Translations under genes and position numbers: made by a program
Assembly: GCA_050331235.1 (NCBI GenBank)
Contig: JBHJHA010000050.1
Coordinates: 1 to 58,808, forward strand
Source of the DNA: Leptolyngbyaceae cyanobacterium
GTDB lineage: Bacteria > Cyanobacteriota > Cyanobacteriia > Phormidesmidales > Phormidesmidaceae
Length of the DNA stretch: 58,808 bases
Reading direction: 5' to 3'
In this document: positions 10,764 to 22,269 of the stretch, in pieces
How the letters are laid out: each line of letters starts with the position of its first letter
Numbering within the stretch: position 1 is the first letter of the stretch
Notes under the pieces: model-generated
The model's database searches: none
What the model was told of the DNA's origin: nothing
The model's input: the letters and a program-made list of their open reading frames with translations, nothing else

Positions 10764-12677
10764 ATGCAGCTAGAACGGGTAGTTGGACAACAGTGGACTC
10801 GGCGACGACAGCGTCAAGCTCTGGCAGTGTTGCTAGGGGGAATGTTTTTAGGGAGTATGGCGATCGCGCCTAATCTGCTACCGGCAATTAACTGGCCCTT
10901 ATCGTCATTAGCTTGGCAAGGCTGGCTGACATTGGCAGTCACTGTGATGGCATTTGTGCTCAATGCAGTCACTACCTTGCCAGCAGAAATTGTGTTTTTG
11001 GGGGCGCTGGCTGTTCTATATGTCACTGGGGTGCTCTCCACGGCTGAAGCTCTAAAAGGATTTAGCAATGATGGCATGGTGACCGTTGGAGTCCTCTACT
11101 TTGTGGTAACAGGGCTCCAGCAGACTGGGGCACTGGATTGGATCTCGCAGCAGGTATTGGGGTTGCCCAAGCGGCGCTCAACCACCTTCGCGCGACTGAC
11201 GATCCCGGTGATGGTGCTGAGTGCCTTTCTCAACAACACGCCAGTGGTAGCGATGTTTATCCCGGTGGTAGGGGACTGGTGCCGCAAGCTCCGGATTAGC
11301 CCGTCTAAATTAATGATCCCTCTGAGTTACGCTTCAATCTTTGGGGGACTGTGTACGCTTATTGGCACCAGCACCAACCTCGTGGTGAGTGGCCTTTTGG
11401 TCGAGGCCATAGATAACCCGGGCTTGAGGCTGTTTGACATTACCCCGGTAGGTTTACCCTGCGCGATCGCGGGATTGATATTTCTGTTTTTAGGTCAGCG
11501 ATGGCTACTGCCCAATCGCAAACCGGTGATGGGCAACCCGGAAGACATGCGCCAATACACGGTCGAAATGTTCATCGAGCCGCGTAGCCCCTTGGCGGGT
11601 AAGACAGTAGAACAAGCGGGCCTCCGACACCTACCAGGTCTTTATCTGGCAGAAATTGCGCGGGGGCGACAGATTATTCCAGCGGTAAGCCCCCAGGAAA
11701 CCTTACGGGAGAATGATCAGTTGGTGTTTGTAGGGATTGTTGATTCAATCATCGATTTGAACCGTATTCGCGGATTGTCTCCGGCAACGGATCAAGTGTT
11801 TAAGTTGGATACCCCTCGTACCGAGCGACGACTTATTGAGGCGGTCGTTTCCAACACGTTTTCATTGGTGGGTAAAACCATTCGGGAAGGCCAATTTCGT
11901 TCTCGGTATAATGCCGTAGTGTTGGCCGTGGCGAGGAACGGTGAACGTTTGCAGGGAAAAATTGGTGACATCCGCTTACGGCCTGGCGATACCTTGCTAT
12001 TAGAAACCCACCCACAATTTTTGGAACGGCAGCGCGTTTCCAGTGATTTTTACCTGGTCAGTGATTTGCCCGACTCAGAACCGCTACGCCATAACAAAGC
12101 ACCCGTCGCAATCGCCGCCCTCATCCTGATGGTAGTGCTGGCAGGCTTAGGATGGCTCAGCATGCTCAAAGCGGCAGTGCTGGCCGCTATTCTGATGTTG
12201 GTAACGGGCTGCTGTGCACCGGCCCGCGCCTTGCAAAGTATTGAATGGTCTGTCCTATTGGTGATTGCAGCGGCCCTTGGCATTAGCGAAGCCATGCAGG
12301 TGACCGGAGCGGCGGGAGCGATCGCCAGCACGTTTTTGAATATTGCGGGTAGCAATCCTTTTATTGCCTTAGCGGTGGTGTATGGTGTAACCACTCTCCT
12401 CACAGAAACTATCACTAACAATGCCGCAGCGGCTCTAATGTTTCCTATTGCGCTCTCAGTTTCTGAGGCCTTAGAGGTCAGTTACATGCCGTTTATTATC
12501 GCGATTATGATTGGGGCGTCTGCTAGCTTTTCCACCCCGATTGGCTATCAAACTAATCTAATGGTGTATGGCCCTGGCGGTTATAAATTCACAGATTTTA
12601 TGCGCATTGGCATTCCCCTCAATCTGCTGTTTTGGGCACTGACGGTGTGTTTAGCCCCACGCATTTACGCCTTTTGA
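10764..12677 (+). CDS. SLC13/DASS family permease with two TrkA-C domains
   Basis: SAFLNNTPVVA, GGLCTLIGTSTNL, ITNNAAAA and STPIGYQTNLMVYGPGGYKF motifs, with central soluble TrkA-C repeats. Confidence 0.93.
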   Translation: MQLERVVGQQWTRRRQRQALAVLLGGMFLGSMAIAPNLLPAINWPLSSLAWQGWLTLAVTVMAFVLNAVTTLPAEIVFLGALAVLYVTGVLSTAEALKGFSNDGMVTVGVLYFVVTGLQQTGALDWISQQVLGLPKRRSTTFARLTIPVMVLSAFLNNTPVVAMFIPVVGDWCRKLRISPSKLMIPLSYASIFGGLCTLIGTSTNLVVSGLLVEAIDNPGLRLFDITPVGLPCAIAGLIFLFLGQRWLLPNRKPVMGNPEDMRQYTVEMFIEPRSPLAGKTVEQAGLRHLPGLYLAEIARGRQIIPAVSPQETLRENDQLVFVGIVDSIIDLNRIRGLSPATDQVFKLDTPRTERRLIEAVVSNTFSLVGKTIREGQFRSRYNAVVLAVARNGERLQGKIGDIRLRPGDTLLLETHPQFLERQRVSSDFYLVSDLPDSEPLRHNKAPVAIAALILMVVLAGLGWLSMLKAAVLAAILMLVTGCCAPARALQSIEWSVLLVIAAALGISEAMQVTGAAGAIASTFLNIAGSNPFIALAVVYGVTTLLTETITNNAAAALMFPIALSVSEALEVSYMPFIIAIMIGASASFSTPIGYQTNLMVYGPGGYKFTDFMRIGIPLNLLFWALTVCLAPRIYAF

Positions 12678-12766
12678 AAAAGCCTTACAGTTAGAGAATC
12701 AGTCGTAAGTCGCATACTGCCTGCGTCCATCACTATGACCGTAATTGCTTATCCCCTTTCCCCAGC

Positions 12767-13510
12767 CTAAAGCGCTAGCAACACGAGAGAATAGCAGACG
12801 GCCCCAACCAAAAATAGACCAAAATGGCTTTCTTCTTCTGCGGGGAGTTCCTCTTTCAGTACATTCAGAAAGAGGCTGCCCGATACCAATGCCCAAACAG
12901 CTAAAATACTCGCTTCTTCTAAATGAAAAACTTCTCCTAAAGCCCAACCTAATACGATGAAACCGGCCAACATCCAGCGGCCCACTCGGTCATACATTTG
13001 CTTGTGATGTTCTCTCAGACCGCCATCATTGACCGCAAAATGAAGTGCCAGGGCAACGAAGAGAGTAACGCAGGCGATGAAGCCATGGTCTTCTGACTCT
13101 CGGAGCAGATAGCCCAATATCAGGTTATAGCTGGCAAAAAAGAGAATGTGCACCCAAAATACGCCAGGGTGCGTCGTATCTTCACCTTGAGAGGTCTCCC
13201 GTTGGGAGCGCGATCGCCGGGCTAGTTTCTCAAGACCATAAAAAATTGCGAGCCCTAACAACGCTAAGAGGTATACATGGTGCTCTAAATAGACAATCAT
13301 ACCTACTCGACTATGCTCGATCTCGTCTTGGGCGCGACTGAGTTCGGGCAAGATGTCGAGGAAGATGTAGGCGATTGAAACGCCACCAGCAACGGAAATC
13401 CACCACTGCTGAGGAATGCTACTCAGCCATTGAGTACGGCTGGCAAAGATGTGAACCCATGCTAAACAGATGGCCAATACAAGGCCGACAATGTTGATGC
13501 CAATTTCCAT
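12767..13510 (-). CDS. Conserved multi-pass membrane protein (ZIP-transporter-like)
   Basis: About 8 hydrophobic segments, with SVAGGVSIAYIFLDILPEL, ALHF and NVLKEELP motifs reminiscent of the ZIP family. Confidence 0.7.
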   Translation of the reverse strand: MEIGINIVGLVLAICLAWVHIFASRTQWLSSIPQQWWISVAGGVSIAYIFLDILPELSRAQDEIEHSRVGMIVYLEHHVYLLALLGLAIFYGLEKLARRSRSQRETSQGEDTTHPGVFWVHILFFASYNLILGYLLRESEDHGFIACVTLFVALALHFAVNDGGLREHHKQMYDRVGRWMLAGFIVLGWALGEVFHLEEASILAVWALVSGSLFLNVLKEELPAEEESHFGLFLVGAVCYSLVLLAL

Positions 13511-13872
13511 CAGTTCTCTCGTTCAAAGGGCGCCGGTTTCCAATTCGCAAACAAGTGTCATCTCATATTGCGGCTGTCTATAAACAGCCTGAGAAAATCA
13601 GGTTTCTACACTGGGATCAAACTTTAAAAGCGATATAAATTCTGCCGATTTTGCCTCATCTGCCAGACTCCTGCGACCTAAAAACATCAGTTTAAGCTCA
13701 GTTTTGAGGGTTACAGTATGAGAGCAGTGGTCGGCAGATTATGGGCGATCGCCCCCTAATGATTGGCTGCCGCATCAACCCAAGGGGGGGCAGGGCCATT
13801 GCTTACAACAAACAGTTGAACTTTAGCATGGTGGCAAAAATAACTGGCATGGGTCGTCTTGGAGCGCCCACC

Positions 13873-14478
13873 CTATTGTGGCTGCACAGGTATTTGCACC
13901 TCGCTGCGCTTGAAGGGGGTCGGTACAAACGGCCCATCGTAAAACAACCTTCGGGGGGTACCAGCCACACGATAGTCAGGATGAGCGAGCAACCAATCCT
14001 GAAGCTTTTGTAGACTTTCGGTGTACATCTCATAGCGGTAGCTGCCTCGCATCACCAAACTCACAACTAAAGTGGGTGGCATATCTTCGATTTGAATATT
14101 GGGGGTCACCGACTCTGGGACAACATCGAGACTCTGGTATAGAAAGGAGACTACAGCTTTGCCTTCCGAAAAGTCAGCATCTAAAGTGGTTGTCGGATAT
14201 CGGGTCTCAACGGGAGCCGTCATAGAAATTTGATTGCTGCTGATGTGCTCATAAAGCGGAGAAAATGCCTGCGCTGGTGCACTATCAAGATCACCACTAA
14301 TGGCAATCGTGGCGGCCCGGTACGCCGGATATTGTTTCAGTTCAATTACGTGCTGAGCAGTTGGTGGCGGAAAGCCATCCGGCACTGGGGCGGAGGCTGC
14401 ACTATAAGCACCTAAAAACAGCCCTCCCGCCAAAATCGCGCCAATCCCGAATAGAACGACTCCTGGTCTCCACCTCAT
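13873..14478 (-). CDS. SOUL heme-binding family protein with N-terminal membrane anchor/signal
   Basis: ELKQYPAYRAA, ISMTAPVE and YDGPFVPTPFKRSEVQIPV motifs. Confidence 0.85.
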   Translation of the reverse strand: MRWRPGVVLFGIGAILAGGLFLGAYSAASAPVPDGFPPPTAQHVIELKQYPAYRAATIAISGDLDSAPAQAFSPLYEHISSNQISMTAPVETRYPTTTLDADFSEGKAVVSFLYQSLDVVPESVTPNIQIEDMPPTLVVSLVMRGSYRYEMYTESLQKLQDWLLAHPDYRVAGTPRRLFYDGPFVPTPFKRSEVQIPVQPQ

Positions 14479-14563
14479 AAAGAAGTTCCTAAAAGCTCAC
14501 GGGTCTAGTGTAGCGATGGAGGCACACACCTCAGCTCAGCAGGGGGAGAGGCCAATCGCTCAT

Positions 14564-17407
14564 TCAAATCGCTTTGAAAGCCGTATGAAACTGAGACAGT
14601 TCATGGCGTAGGCGCTCGCCCTCAGTTGAGCTGATTGGGGATTGATCGCGACCAGCTTTTTCTAACGCTACACAGAGCTGAGAAACTCTGGCGGCACCAA
14701 AAACAGCGCTACTGGACTTGAGGGAATGGGCGGCGATTTCCAGCTGTTGAAAATCGTGAGTTGCGATCGCCTGTTGCACTTTGTCAACTAAGGATTCAGA
14801 TTCGGTCAGGAAGATACTTCTGAGGGTTTCCATTGCTTCCGAATGAATGCCACCTAATGGATCCAAATAATCGGCCAGAACAGCCTGATCGAGCACTTGT
14901 GCCTCGGTAGCGATGACAAATTCATCAGAAGTATTGAGGGGACTCGATTGCGACAAAGACTGTTCTGCTGGAGTTTCGGATGGAGAAGGGGAGGAAGGCA
15001 TTGAATGGGTCATTTTGGGTTGCACTTTTTCTAAAACACTAATCAGTTTTTCTAAGTTGATCGGCTTGCTGACATAGTCATCCATGCCAACCGACAAAAA
15101 TCGTTCGCGATCGCCCTCCATCACACTGGCAGTCAGCGCCACAATATAAGGACGCTGCAAGGCTCCCCACTGTTCACAGATTCTGGCTGTGGCGGTCAGA
15201 CCATCCATCTCAGGCATATGCACATCCATTAAGACGACATCGTAAGGTTGTCTTTCGAGGGCATCTAGTACCTCACATCCGTTGCCCACAATGTCCGGGC
15301 GATATCCCATCTTTTCTAACCAGGTGGCGATAAGCTTTTGATTAACCAGATTATCCTCAGCGACCAAAATACTCAACGGATAAATTTGGGCAAAAGTGGC
15401 TTCTAACTCGAAGACTTTTTTGATGGGTGAATCACCTATTTTGACTGGCTGGTTAGTCAAGATTATGGTCAGAGCTTCTAATAGTTGGTGATATCTGATC
15501 GGTTTGGTAAGCACTGCCTCAAAACCAAGCTGCTGAAAAGTATCGGATGATAACTCCGCCTGATTAACTGATGTCAGCATGATTAGTGGTAGCGACTGCC
15601 CCTTCGGATGCTGTCGAATTTTCTGCGCCAGCCTAAGGCCATCAACGTCAGGCATTTGCATATCCAAGATGGCCGCATCGAATTCATCCATCTCCGCCAG
15701 CTGCATTAGGGCTGCCGCGGCCGACTCAACGGCGACTGCCTGAATTCCCCAAGTTTGAGCTTGGAGGCTCAAAATTCTGCGGTTAGTAGCATTGTCATCC
15801 ACGATTAAAACGCGCTTGTCTGATAGGTTGCCATCTGAAATTTCAGTGGCATGACTAGATGTAGGAACCGTCTTGATTGCCTCAGCAATAATAGAAAATG
15901 AGAAGCATGACCCTTTACCAACCTCACTTGTGACCGATAAATCACCCCCCATCAACTGACTCAGTTGCTTGCTAATCGTCAGGCCAAGGCCAGTACCACC
16001 ATATTTGCGGGTAATCGATGAATCAACCTGACTAAAGGCCTTAAAAAGACGATTGTGCTTATCTGCAGGTATGCCAATCCCGGTATCTTGCACATCGATA
16101 TTTATTTTGATTTTCGAGCGATCGCCTGTTCGAGACGACAGCTCCTGGCTGCTAACTCGAACAGAAACCTCCCCTTCATGGGTAAATTTGATGGCATTGC
16201 CAACCAGATTCACCAATATTTGCCGTAGTCGGGTGACATCTCCTAATAGGTAGTTGGGAACTGTAGGCTCGACATAATAAGTGAGTTCTAATCTTTTATC
16301 GGTTGCGCTCTTAGCAAATAATTCCAATGTTTGTTCTAAGCATTGCCGCAGCTCAAAGGGATACTCTTCCAGCTCAAATTGACCAGCCTCAATCTTTGAA
16401 AAATCCAAGATATCGTTAATGATAGTAAGCAATGAATTTCCACAATTGCGAATCGTTTCCGTATAGTCTTTTTGAGTTGCTGTAAGACTAGTATTTAACA
16501 ATAGACTAGTCATACCAATCACGCCATTCATCGGAGTTCTTATTTCATGGCTCATGGTGGCTAGAAAATCACTTTTCGCTTGTGCTGCTGCCAAAGCTTC
16601 ATCCCTTGCATGAGCAAGCTCTTGCTCTCGCTCCTCTAATAGCTGAATTTCGTTATCTTTAAGACGAGTAATATTTTGAGAGACTTGGCCGAGCATAATA
16701 TTGAAAGCCGCCATCACCTCTCCAAGTTCATCCTTTCGCTGCACTGAGAGAGAGTAGAATTCAGCTGTTTTAGGTGCATCTTCAGCAACTTTGCTAGCTG
16801 CCAGTAATAAATCATCGCGTAGCCGTAATATTGGCTTGATCACCGCTGGTCCTAAGGCCAACATTGTCGCGCTAGTCACAAATATACAGATAACAAAGAT
16901 AAAAAACATCATGCGCCAAAAGTAGTCGATGATCTCCGCATTGACGCTAGAGTCATCTAATCTGACGATAAGCGTATAGTCCTGTTGCAGAGTGTCGCCC
17001 GACCAGCCAATATCGTAGCGCTGCAACTTCCGAGTCCGTTTACGCACAATTTGCCCGTCTTGAGTTTGGGTAAACGTAATTGCGGGCAGCTCACCAAATT
17101 GGGTAATGATTTCGCCACTAGGGCGATATAGTCGCGCCCCCTTGATGTTTGCAGGCAGCGTCACATTGTCTTGGACAGACTGTAGGTTTAGGGACTCATC
17201 TTCGGCTGCGGCAAGACTAGCCCAGGGCAGAAGTGACGCAAAGCTAATTTCCTCTAAGTCCTGCAACAAATCATGTTCTCTTTTTTGCCAAGAGGGAATC
17301 ACGATCACCGCTTCAATCAATAGAATGCTGCCAAATACCCACAGAGCAATATGTCTCGAGAGACGAGCCTTAAAAGGGCTTACAACAGACTTTAACCAGG
17401 TAGACAT
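14564..17407 (-). CDS. Hybrid sensor histidine kinase (2 TM-HAMP-HisKA-HATPase-REC-REC-Hpt); start 17407 (ATG) or 17425
   Basis: H-box [16 protein letters not shown]-box [23 protein letters not shown], two receivers (ILDMQMP, LMDVHMP) and Hpt AHSLKSSS. Confidence 0.95.
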   Translation of the reverse strand: MSTWLKSVVSPFKARLSRHIALWVFGSILLIEAVIVIPSWQKREHDLLQDLEEISFASLLPWASLAAAEDESLNLQSVQDNVTLPANIKGARLYRPSGEIITQFGELPAITFTQTQDGQIVRKRTRKLQRYDIGWSGDTLQQDYTLIVRLDDSSVNAEIIDYFWRMMFFIFVICIFVTSATMLALGPAVIKPILRLRDDLLLAASKVAEDAPKTAEFYSLSVQRKDELGEVMAAFNIMLGQVSQNITRLKDNEIQLLEEREQELAHARDEALAAAQAKSDFLATMSHEIRTPMNGVIGMTSLLLNTSLTATQKDYTETIRNCGNSLLTIINDILDFSKIEAGQFELEEYPFELRQCLEQTLELFAKSATDKRLELTYYVEPTVPNYLLGDVTRLRQILVNLVGNAIKFTHEGEVSVRVSSQELSSRTGDRSKIKINIDVQDTGIGIPADKHNRLFKAFSQVDSSITRKYGGTGLGLTISKQLSQLMGGDLSVTSEVGKGSCFSFSIIAEAIKTVPTSSHATEISDGNLSDKRVLIVDDNATNRRILSLQAQTWGIQAVAVESAAAALMQLAEMDEFDAAILDMQMPDVDGLRLAQKIRQHPKGQSLPLIMLTSVNQAELSSDTFQQLGFEAVLTKPIRYHQLLEALTIILTNQPVKIGDSPIKKVFELEATFAQIYPLSILVAEDNLVNQKLIATWLEKMGYRPDIVGNGCEVLDALERQPYDVVLMDVHMPEMDGLTATARICEQWGALQRPYIVALTASVMEGDRERFLSVGMDDYVSKPINLEKLISVLEKVQPKMTHSMPSSPSPSETPAEQSLSQSSPLNTSDEFVIATEAQVLDQAVLADYLDPLGGIHSEAMETLRSIFLTESESLVDKVQQAIATHDFQQLEIAAHSLKSSSAVFGAARVSQLCVALEKAGRDQSPISSTEGERLRHELSQFHTAFKAI

Positions 17408-17908
17408 GAGAGCCAACCAGAGCAATCTCTGGACAGTGTAGGGAAGGGAATTGCCGTGTTGATATTTTGCTCAGGCCATGGCAGCCGCTATCAAAACAAT
17501 CTTTGACAACTATGCTGATAGATCGACCAGGATGAAAGTCCAAAGCTCTGCAACCACACTGAAGGAAAAAAGCGATCGCATTAAAGTGGGCCTTTGAACC
17601 TGAAGAGCAGTGCGATTTTATATTGCCCATTTGTTAAAACCGGCTATCAGGTCAAACGGTTTAGCCCGTGCAATAACTGTGGAGATTGCACCACTTCAGC
17701 CAATGATCAAAATATAAAGAAATCATATTTTTATTTTCTATGGACTCAGTGATCTTTGCAGGGCAATCTGCCAGTTCCGCTTGTAAAGCGCTGCCTTTGC
17801 CGAAAGATCAGAGGTTTTGTAGACATTAAGGGCGTACAGGTGCTTGGATGAGAAGCGGATGCCAACCGATACAATGGGTTCCTGATGGAAGCGATCGCAC
17901 CTTACTTT

Positions 17909-18679
17909 ATGGAAGTCATTCCTGCTATTGATTTGCTAGAAGGCCGTTGTGTCCGTCTGTATCAGGGCGACTATAACCAATCTCAGGTATTTAATGAAAA
18001 TCCAGTCGATGTTGCTCGGCGCTGGGCCGATGAGGGTGCGACCCGGCTACACCTTGTCGATCTAGATGGGGCCAAAGCAGGTAAACCAGAAAACGTCCAG
18101 GCCATCGAGGCGATCGCCGCGGCAGTTGACATTCCCATCGAGGTCGGCGGCGGTTTGCGCAATCGAGATCGTGTGGCGGTGCTCTTTAATATCGGTGTGC
18201 GATATGCCATTCTCGGCACCGCCGCGGTTGAAAATCCAAACCTTGTGAGCACCTTAAGTGTTGAGTTTCCAGGGCAAATCATCGTCGGGATCGATGCCCG
18301 TGACAGCAAAGTCGCCACTCGCGGCTGGCTAGAAACGTCTGAATTAGATGCGATCGCCCTGGCGCAAGACATGGCTCAGCGGGGTGCGGCCGCAGTCATC
18401 TACACTGACATCAAACGCGATGGTACCCTCAAAGGCCCAAATCTAGAAGCGTTACGAGCGATCGCCGAAGCGACATCGGTCCCAATCATTGCCTCTGGGG
18501 GAGTAAGCTCAGTAACCGACTTGCTAAGCTTGCTAACACTCGAAAGACTGGGTGTGAGCGGCGTCATTATCGGGAAAGCACTTTACACCGGTGACGTCAA
18601 CCTCACAGAAGCCTTACGAGCGATCGGGCCCGGGCGCTGGCAAGACGTTCCCCCCGATTTGGGTTCCTCCTTTGCGTAG
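17909..18679 (+). CDS. hisA: ProFAR isomerase (HisA); upstream in-frame ATG at 17885
   Basis: [49 protein letters not shown] and IASGGV. Confidence 0.97.
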   Translation: MEVIPAIDLLEGRCVRLYQGDYNQSQVFNENPVDVARRWADEGATRLHLVDLDGAKAGKPENVQAIEAIAAAVDIPIEVGGGLRNRDRVAVLFNIGVRYAILGTAAVENPNLVSTLSVEFPGQIIVGIDARDSKVATRGWLETSELDAIALAQDMAQRGAAAVIYTDIKRDGTLKGPNLEALRAIAEATSVPIIASGGVSSVTDLLSLLTLERLGVSGVIIGKALYTGDVNLTEALRAIGPGRWQDVPPDLGSSFA

Positions 18680-18715
18680 GCGACCAAATACCTAGCTTAA
18701 ATATGTAAATTTAAA

Positions 18716-18750
18716 CAGCCAGGATTGAGAGAATATCTCAATCCTGGCTG
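18716..18750. terminator. Perfect 15-bp hairpin between convergent genes (probable bidirectional terminator)
   Basis: cagccaggattgaga-gaata-tctcaatcctggctg lies between the stop codons of hisA and the 18780 ORF. Confidence 0.7.
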
Positions 18751-18779
18751 GCCTGATACTTTAATTTGGCGAATCGGGG

Positions 18780-19166
18780 TCAATCCGGCTGCGCCTTGAG
18801 CGACTCTAGCTCTTGACGTAGAGTTGACAACTCCGCCGTGAGCAACTCCAGCTCAGACTGTACAGACGCATCTGCTACTGGGCTGGCGTAGGTGTCTACG
18901 GTTGCCTCCGAAGCGGGGGGTTGAGCAAATGGATTGGGCATCTGACCCACTTGACTCATCATCGAATCCATGACAGCACGGGCTTCCCGTTCCGTATCGG
19001 TGCCCTTGGCTTCGAGTTCGCGCGCGAGCACCTCAAAATCAGAGATGTTGCCAAACTTTTCTTGGGAAGCCTCTGGATCTCGGAGCGCATCCACTAACGA
19101 GGCGGTGGCCCCCAGCGTGACGCGAAACCCTTTTTGAATTGTTTCAGTGATCGTGTCTGGGTTCAT
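18780..19166 (-). CDS. Conserved cyanobacterial hypothetical protein (coiled-coil)
   Basis: 128-aa ORF with a strong AAGGAGG RBS upstream, QKGFRVTLGATASL..KG..TE.EAR motif and C-terminal heptads. Confidence 0.8.
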   Translation of the reverse strand: MNPDTITETIQKGFRVTLGATASLVDALRDPEASQEKFGNISDFEVLARELEAKGTDTEREARAVMDSMMSQVGQMPNPFAQPPASEATVDTYASPVADASVQSELELLTAELSTLRQELESLKAQPD

Positions 19167-19922
19167 AGAAACCGTTAAACCTCCTTAAGAATCTAACCGC
19201 CTTTGATCGGGCCTGTCTACTGACACGCATAGATTCTAACGCGGACTGGTCTAACGAAATGCAGCGATCGCAGGCATCGCCGAGAAGGCAACATGGTTCC
19301 ACAATTGCAGTGAAGCCTCCAACCATGGCAAATGCAGACACAGCCAACCGCTGAACGCTGGGCATGCACGGCATGAACTTCTTTGACTTGCTGCGCAAGA
19401 GTAAAACTGCAAAAAAGCCGTCAACCCACCTTACGAATAACAATTATTGATACGTAAATATTTTAATTATAAGTTCTTTGTAATTCGACATCTTCCCCCT
19501 CGATCAAGACAAAAGCAGGGCCAAGCCTACAAATTCAAGCTTTCGGTAGATGCAAGAAAACAGCAAAACCGGACTTTTTAGTACAGAACAACTATATAAA
19601 ATCAGCGTGTTCGCATGAACTTCTTCAGGATTTTGTGGAAAAGGAGTGGTAGTCAGCTTGTTAGTGCGGCTACAATCGTGTGAGGCAGGTCACAAAACCA
19701 AAACTGCATGGCTGACTTGCTGTACATCCAAAGGTCTTAACTACTTAACAGAAGAATGAACACTCGTTTTTAAGGGCTCAAGCCTTTCCGAAATTTCGGT
19801 ACGGGCGTCAAAACGTATTTTTTTGACAATCCCACCCTGAGGTAGCGGCAAAAATGAGGTGTTAAGCTGAACAGACCTTTGATTTAGAAGCATCACGCAC
19901 AAAGGAGCACGAGGAACGCAGC

Positions 19923-21047
19923 ATGACTCAAGCGAAAGAATTGCTCGGAGCAATCAAACCACAGAACGAGTTGGAAGTTTTAATTGACGGCGACAGCAAC
20001 TCGTCTAAGTTTGATGATTCTGGTGACACTGCTGCAGAAAAGACTCCAGCAAAGGCCGCTAAAGGTAAGACAACTCGTCGTAGCCAGACTAAGAAAAAGC
20101 ACTATACCGAGGACTCCATTCGCCTTTATCTGCAAGAGATTGGCCGGATCCGACTTCTGCGTGCAGAAGAAGAGATTGAATTGGCCCGTAAGATTGCTGA
20201 TTTGCTGGAGCTAGAGCGAATTCGTGATGAGCTGATGGACGGCATTGACAACGAACCCACCGACGCTGAGTGGGCAGAAGCAGTTGATATGCCCTTACCG
20301 GCTTTCCAAAAGCGCTTACATCTAGGGCGTCGGGCCAAAGACAAGATGGTGCAGTCCAATCTCCGGTTGGTTGTCTCCATTGCCAAGAAATATATGAACC
20401 GTGGCCTGTCTTTCCAAGATCTCATCCAAGAAGGCAGCTTGGGACTTATTCGTGCCGCCGAGAAATTTGACCATGAGAAAGGCTACAAATTTTCAACTTA
20501 TGCTACTTGGTGGATTCGTCAGGCAATTACCCGGGCGATCGCTGACCAGTCCCGGACGATTCGCCTACCCGTTCACTTATATGAAACCATCTCTCGGATC
20601 AAGAAGACTACGAAGCTGCTGTCTCAAGAGTTGGGTCGTAAGCCCACTGAGGAAGAAATTGCGACCAGTATGGAGATGACCATTGAAAAGCTGCGGTTCA
20701 TCGCTAAGTCAGCCCAGCTCCCCATCTCTTTAGAGACGCCCATTGGTAAAGAAGAAGATTCTCGCTTGGGTGACTTTATTGAATCCGATGGTGAAACCCC
20801 AGAAGATGAAGTATCCAAGAGCCTACTTCGTGAAGACCTCGAAGGTGTGCTGGGTACCCTGAGCCCCCGTGAGCGGGATGTCCTGCGATTGCGCTACGGC
20901 CTCGATGACGGACGCATGAAGACTCTCGAAGAAATTGGTCAGACCTTTAATGTGACTCGCGAGCGCATCCGCCAAATCGAAGCAAAAGCTCTCCGGAAGT
21001 TGCGTCACCCCAATCGCAACAGTGTTCTCAAAGAATACATCCGCTAA
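19923..21047 (+). CDS. rpoD: Principal RNA polymerase sigma factor SigA/RpoD
   Basis: [61 protein letters not shown] and region 4 [20 protein letters not shown]. Confidence 0.97.
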   Translation: MTQAKELLGAIKPQNELEVLIDGDSNSSKFDDSGDTAAEKTPAKAAKGKTTRRSQTKKKHYTEDSIRLYLQEIGRIRLLRAEEEIELARKIADLLELERIRDELMDGIDNEPTDAEWAEAVDMPLPAFQKRLHLGRRAKDKMVQSNLRLVVSIAKKYMNRGLSFQDLIQEGSLGLIRAAEKFDHEKGYKFSTYATWWIRQAITRAIADQSRTIRLPVHLYETISRIKKTTKLLSQELGRKPTEEEIATSMEMTIEKLRFIAKSAQLPISLETPIGKEEDSRLGDFIESDGETPEDEVSKSLLREDLEGVLGTLSPRERDVLRLRYGLDDGRMKTLEEIGQTFNVTRERIRQIEAKALRKLRHPNRNSVLKEYIR

Positions 21048-21072
21048 ACTATCAGCGAATTAATTGAACAAG

Positions 21073-21105
21073 AAAGCTCCGAATTTAAGATTCGGGGCTT
21101 TTTTT
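21073..21105 (+). terminator. Rho-independent terminator of rpoD
   Basis: aaagctccgaat-ttaag-attcggggcttt hairpin followed by a T run, about 25 nt after the stop. Confidence 0.85.
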
Positions 21106-21528
21106 GGTGGTTATGGCAGATGCGCTTAAGGAGCAGGCAACAGTCTTTGTTATTGCATGTGAACAGGTAGTTCGGACAATATAGTGGCAGCCGAGTTGGT
21201 TGAGAATGATGGGAGCCGCCTATCCAGTGGAGATGCATCAAAAAGCCCTAGCTGCCATTGATCGGGGTGCAAGGAAACTGCATGTCTGGCATCAGCCGTA
21301 ACACATTAGACGAATGGTTAAAACGCTGAGCTATCACAGGTCACGTCGCCGCAACAGCGTATTGCCGTCGCAGGCCAATCCCAAAGATTGCCGATTTGGA
21401 TGAATTTCAACGTTTTGCCGAAACTCGCGGTCATCTCAGCCAACAGCAAATGGCGGATGAATGGTCTGAACCCGTGAGCAACCGTACGATCAGCAAAGAC
21501 TTGAAAGCGATTGGGTACACGAGGAAAA

Positions 21529-21578
21529 GGGGTGCGACCCCGCGTCGGCTTCCGGCGCTAGGGAACGCGCACCAAGAC
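21529..21578. repeat. 50-bp hairpin-forming insertion (small dispersed repeat-like) inside IS630
   Basis: ggggtgcgaccccgcgtcggcttccggcgctagggaacgcgcaccaagac interrupts the usual TRKK/KTYGY junction. caagac is tandemly duplicated at the right edge. Confidence 0.6.
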
Positions 21579-21579
21579 C

Positions 21580-22119
21580 AAGACCTATGGGTACCGCGAA
21601 CGCGATGAAGGCAAGCGCCAAGCGTTTCTCAAAGAACTGGCTCGGTTTGACCCCTCACAGGTGGTGTATCTCGATGAAGCTGGAGTTGATGATACCGAAG
21701 ATTACCCTCACGGCTATTGCCATCATTCAGAGCGCTTTTATGCTCTCAAACTCGGGCATCGCACGGAGCGCATCAGGATGGTGGCAGCTTGGCGTGAGGG
21801 TCAAGTGCTCGCGCCGATGACGTTTAAGGGACACTACAACACCGCTTTATTCGAGGCCTGGGTCGAACAGTTTTTGGTTCCGGAACTGCAACCCGGGCAG
21901 GTCGTCGTATTAGACAATGCGAGCTTTCACCAATCAGCTCGGACCCAGCGGTTGATTGAGCAAGCCGGATGCCGAGTCCTCTTCCTCGCGCCCTACTCTC
22001 CAGACCTGAACCAGATTGAGAAGTTCTGGGCGCGTTTGAAGCACCACTTGCGAAAGACGCTCTATCTATTCGCAACCTTGTGGGATGCTGTTGATAATGT
22101 CTTCAGAAAACTGTCCTAA
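21580..22119 (+). pseudogene. IS630 transposase catalytic (DDE) half
   Basis: The frame reads KTYGYRERDE...VYLDEAGVDD...LDNASFHQS...LAPYSPDLNQIEKFWARLK. Confidence 0.85.
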
Positions 22120-22269
22120 CTAATTCTTTAGATGCAATAGATTCATGGCGGATGATGCATAGACCAACCACGATAAAGCTCCGCGTTTCTCCATTTTAGC
22201 CTCCTCTACGCGAACGACCATAGCCGCACAGCTCTGGAGCTAAAGCATCACTCGCCCCAGCGATCGCCC

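Larger units (their letters stand above)
21180..22139 (+). mobile_element. Degenerate IS630-family insertion sequence
   Basis: The N-terminal HTH part (MGAAYPVEMHQKALAAIDRG.../GISRNTLDEWLKR*) is broken by a frameshift and a stop. The DDE part is readable (VYLDEAG, VVLDNASFH, PYSPDLNQIE). The ends are poorly matching TA-bounded inverted repeats (tatagtggc... / ...gatgcaata). Confidence 0.85.

Noticed and set aside
18610..18679. C-terminal extension of HisA ([11 protein letters not shown])
   Set aside because: As I recall this is a normal feature of cyanobacterial HisA, so it is not novel.
19167..19922. ORFs of 99 aa and 70 aa in the long region upstream of rpoD
   Set aside because: They are not protein-like. 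A long multi-promoter leader is ordinary for a principal sigma factor.
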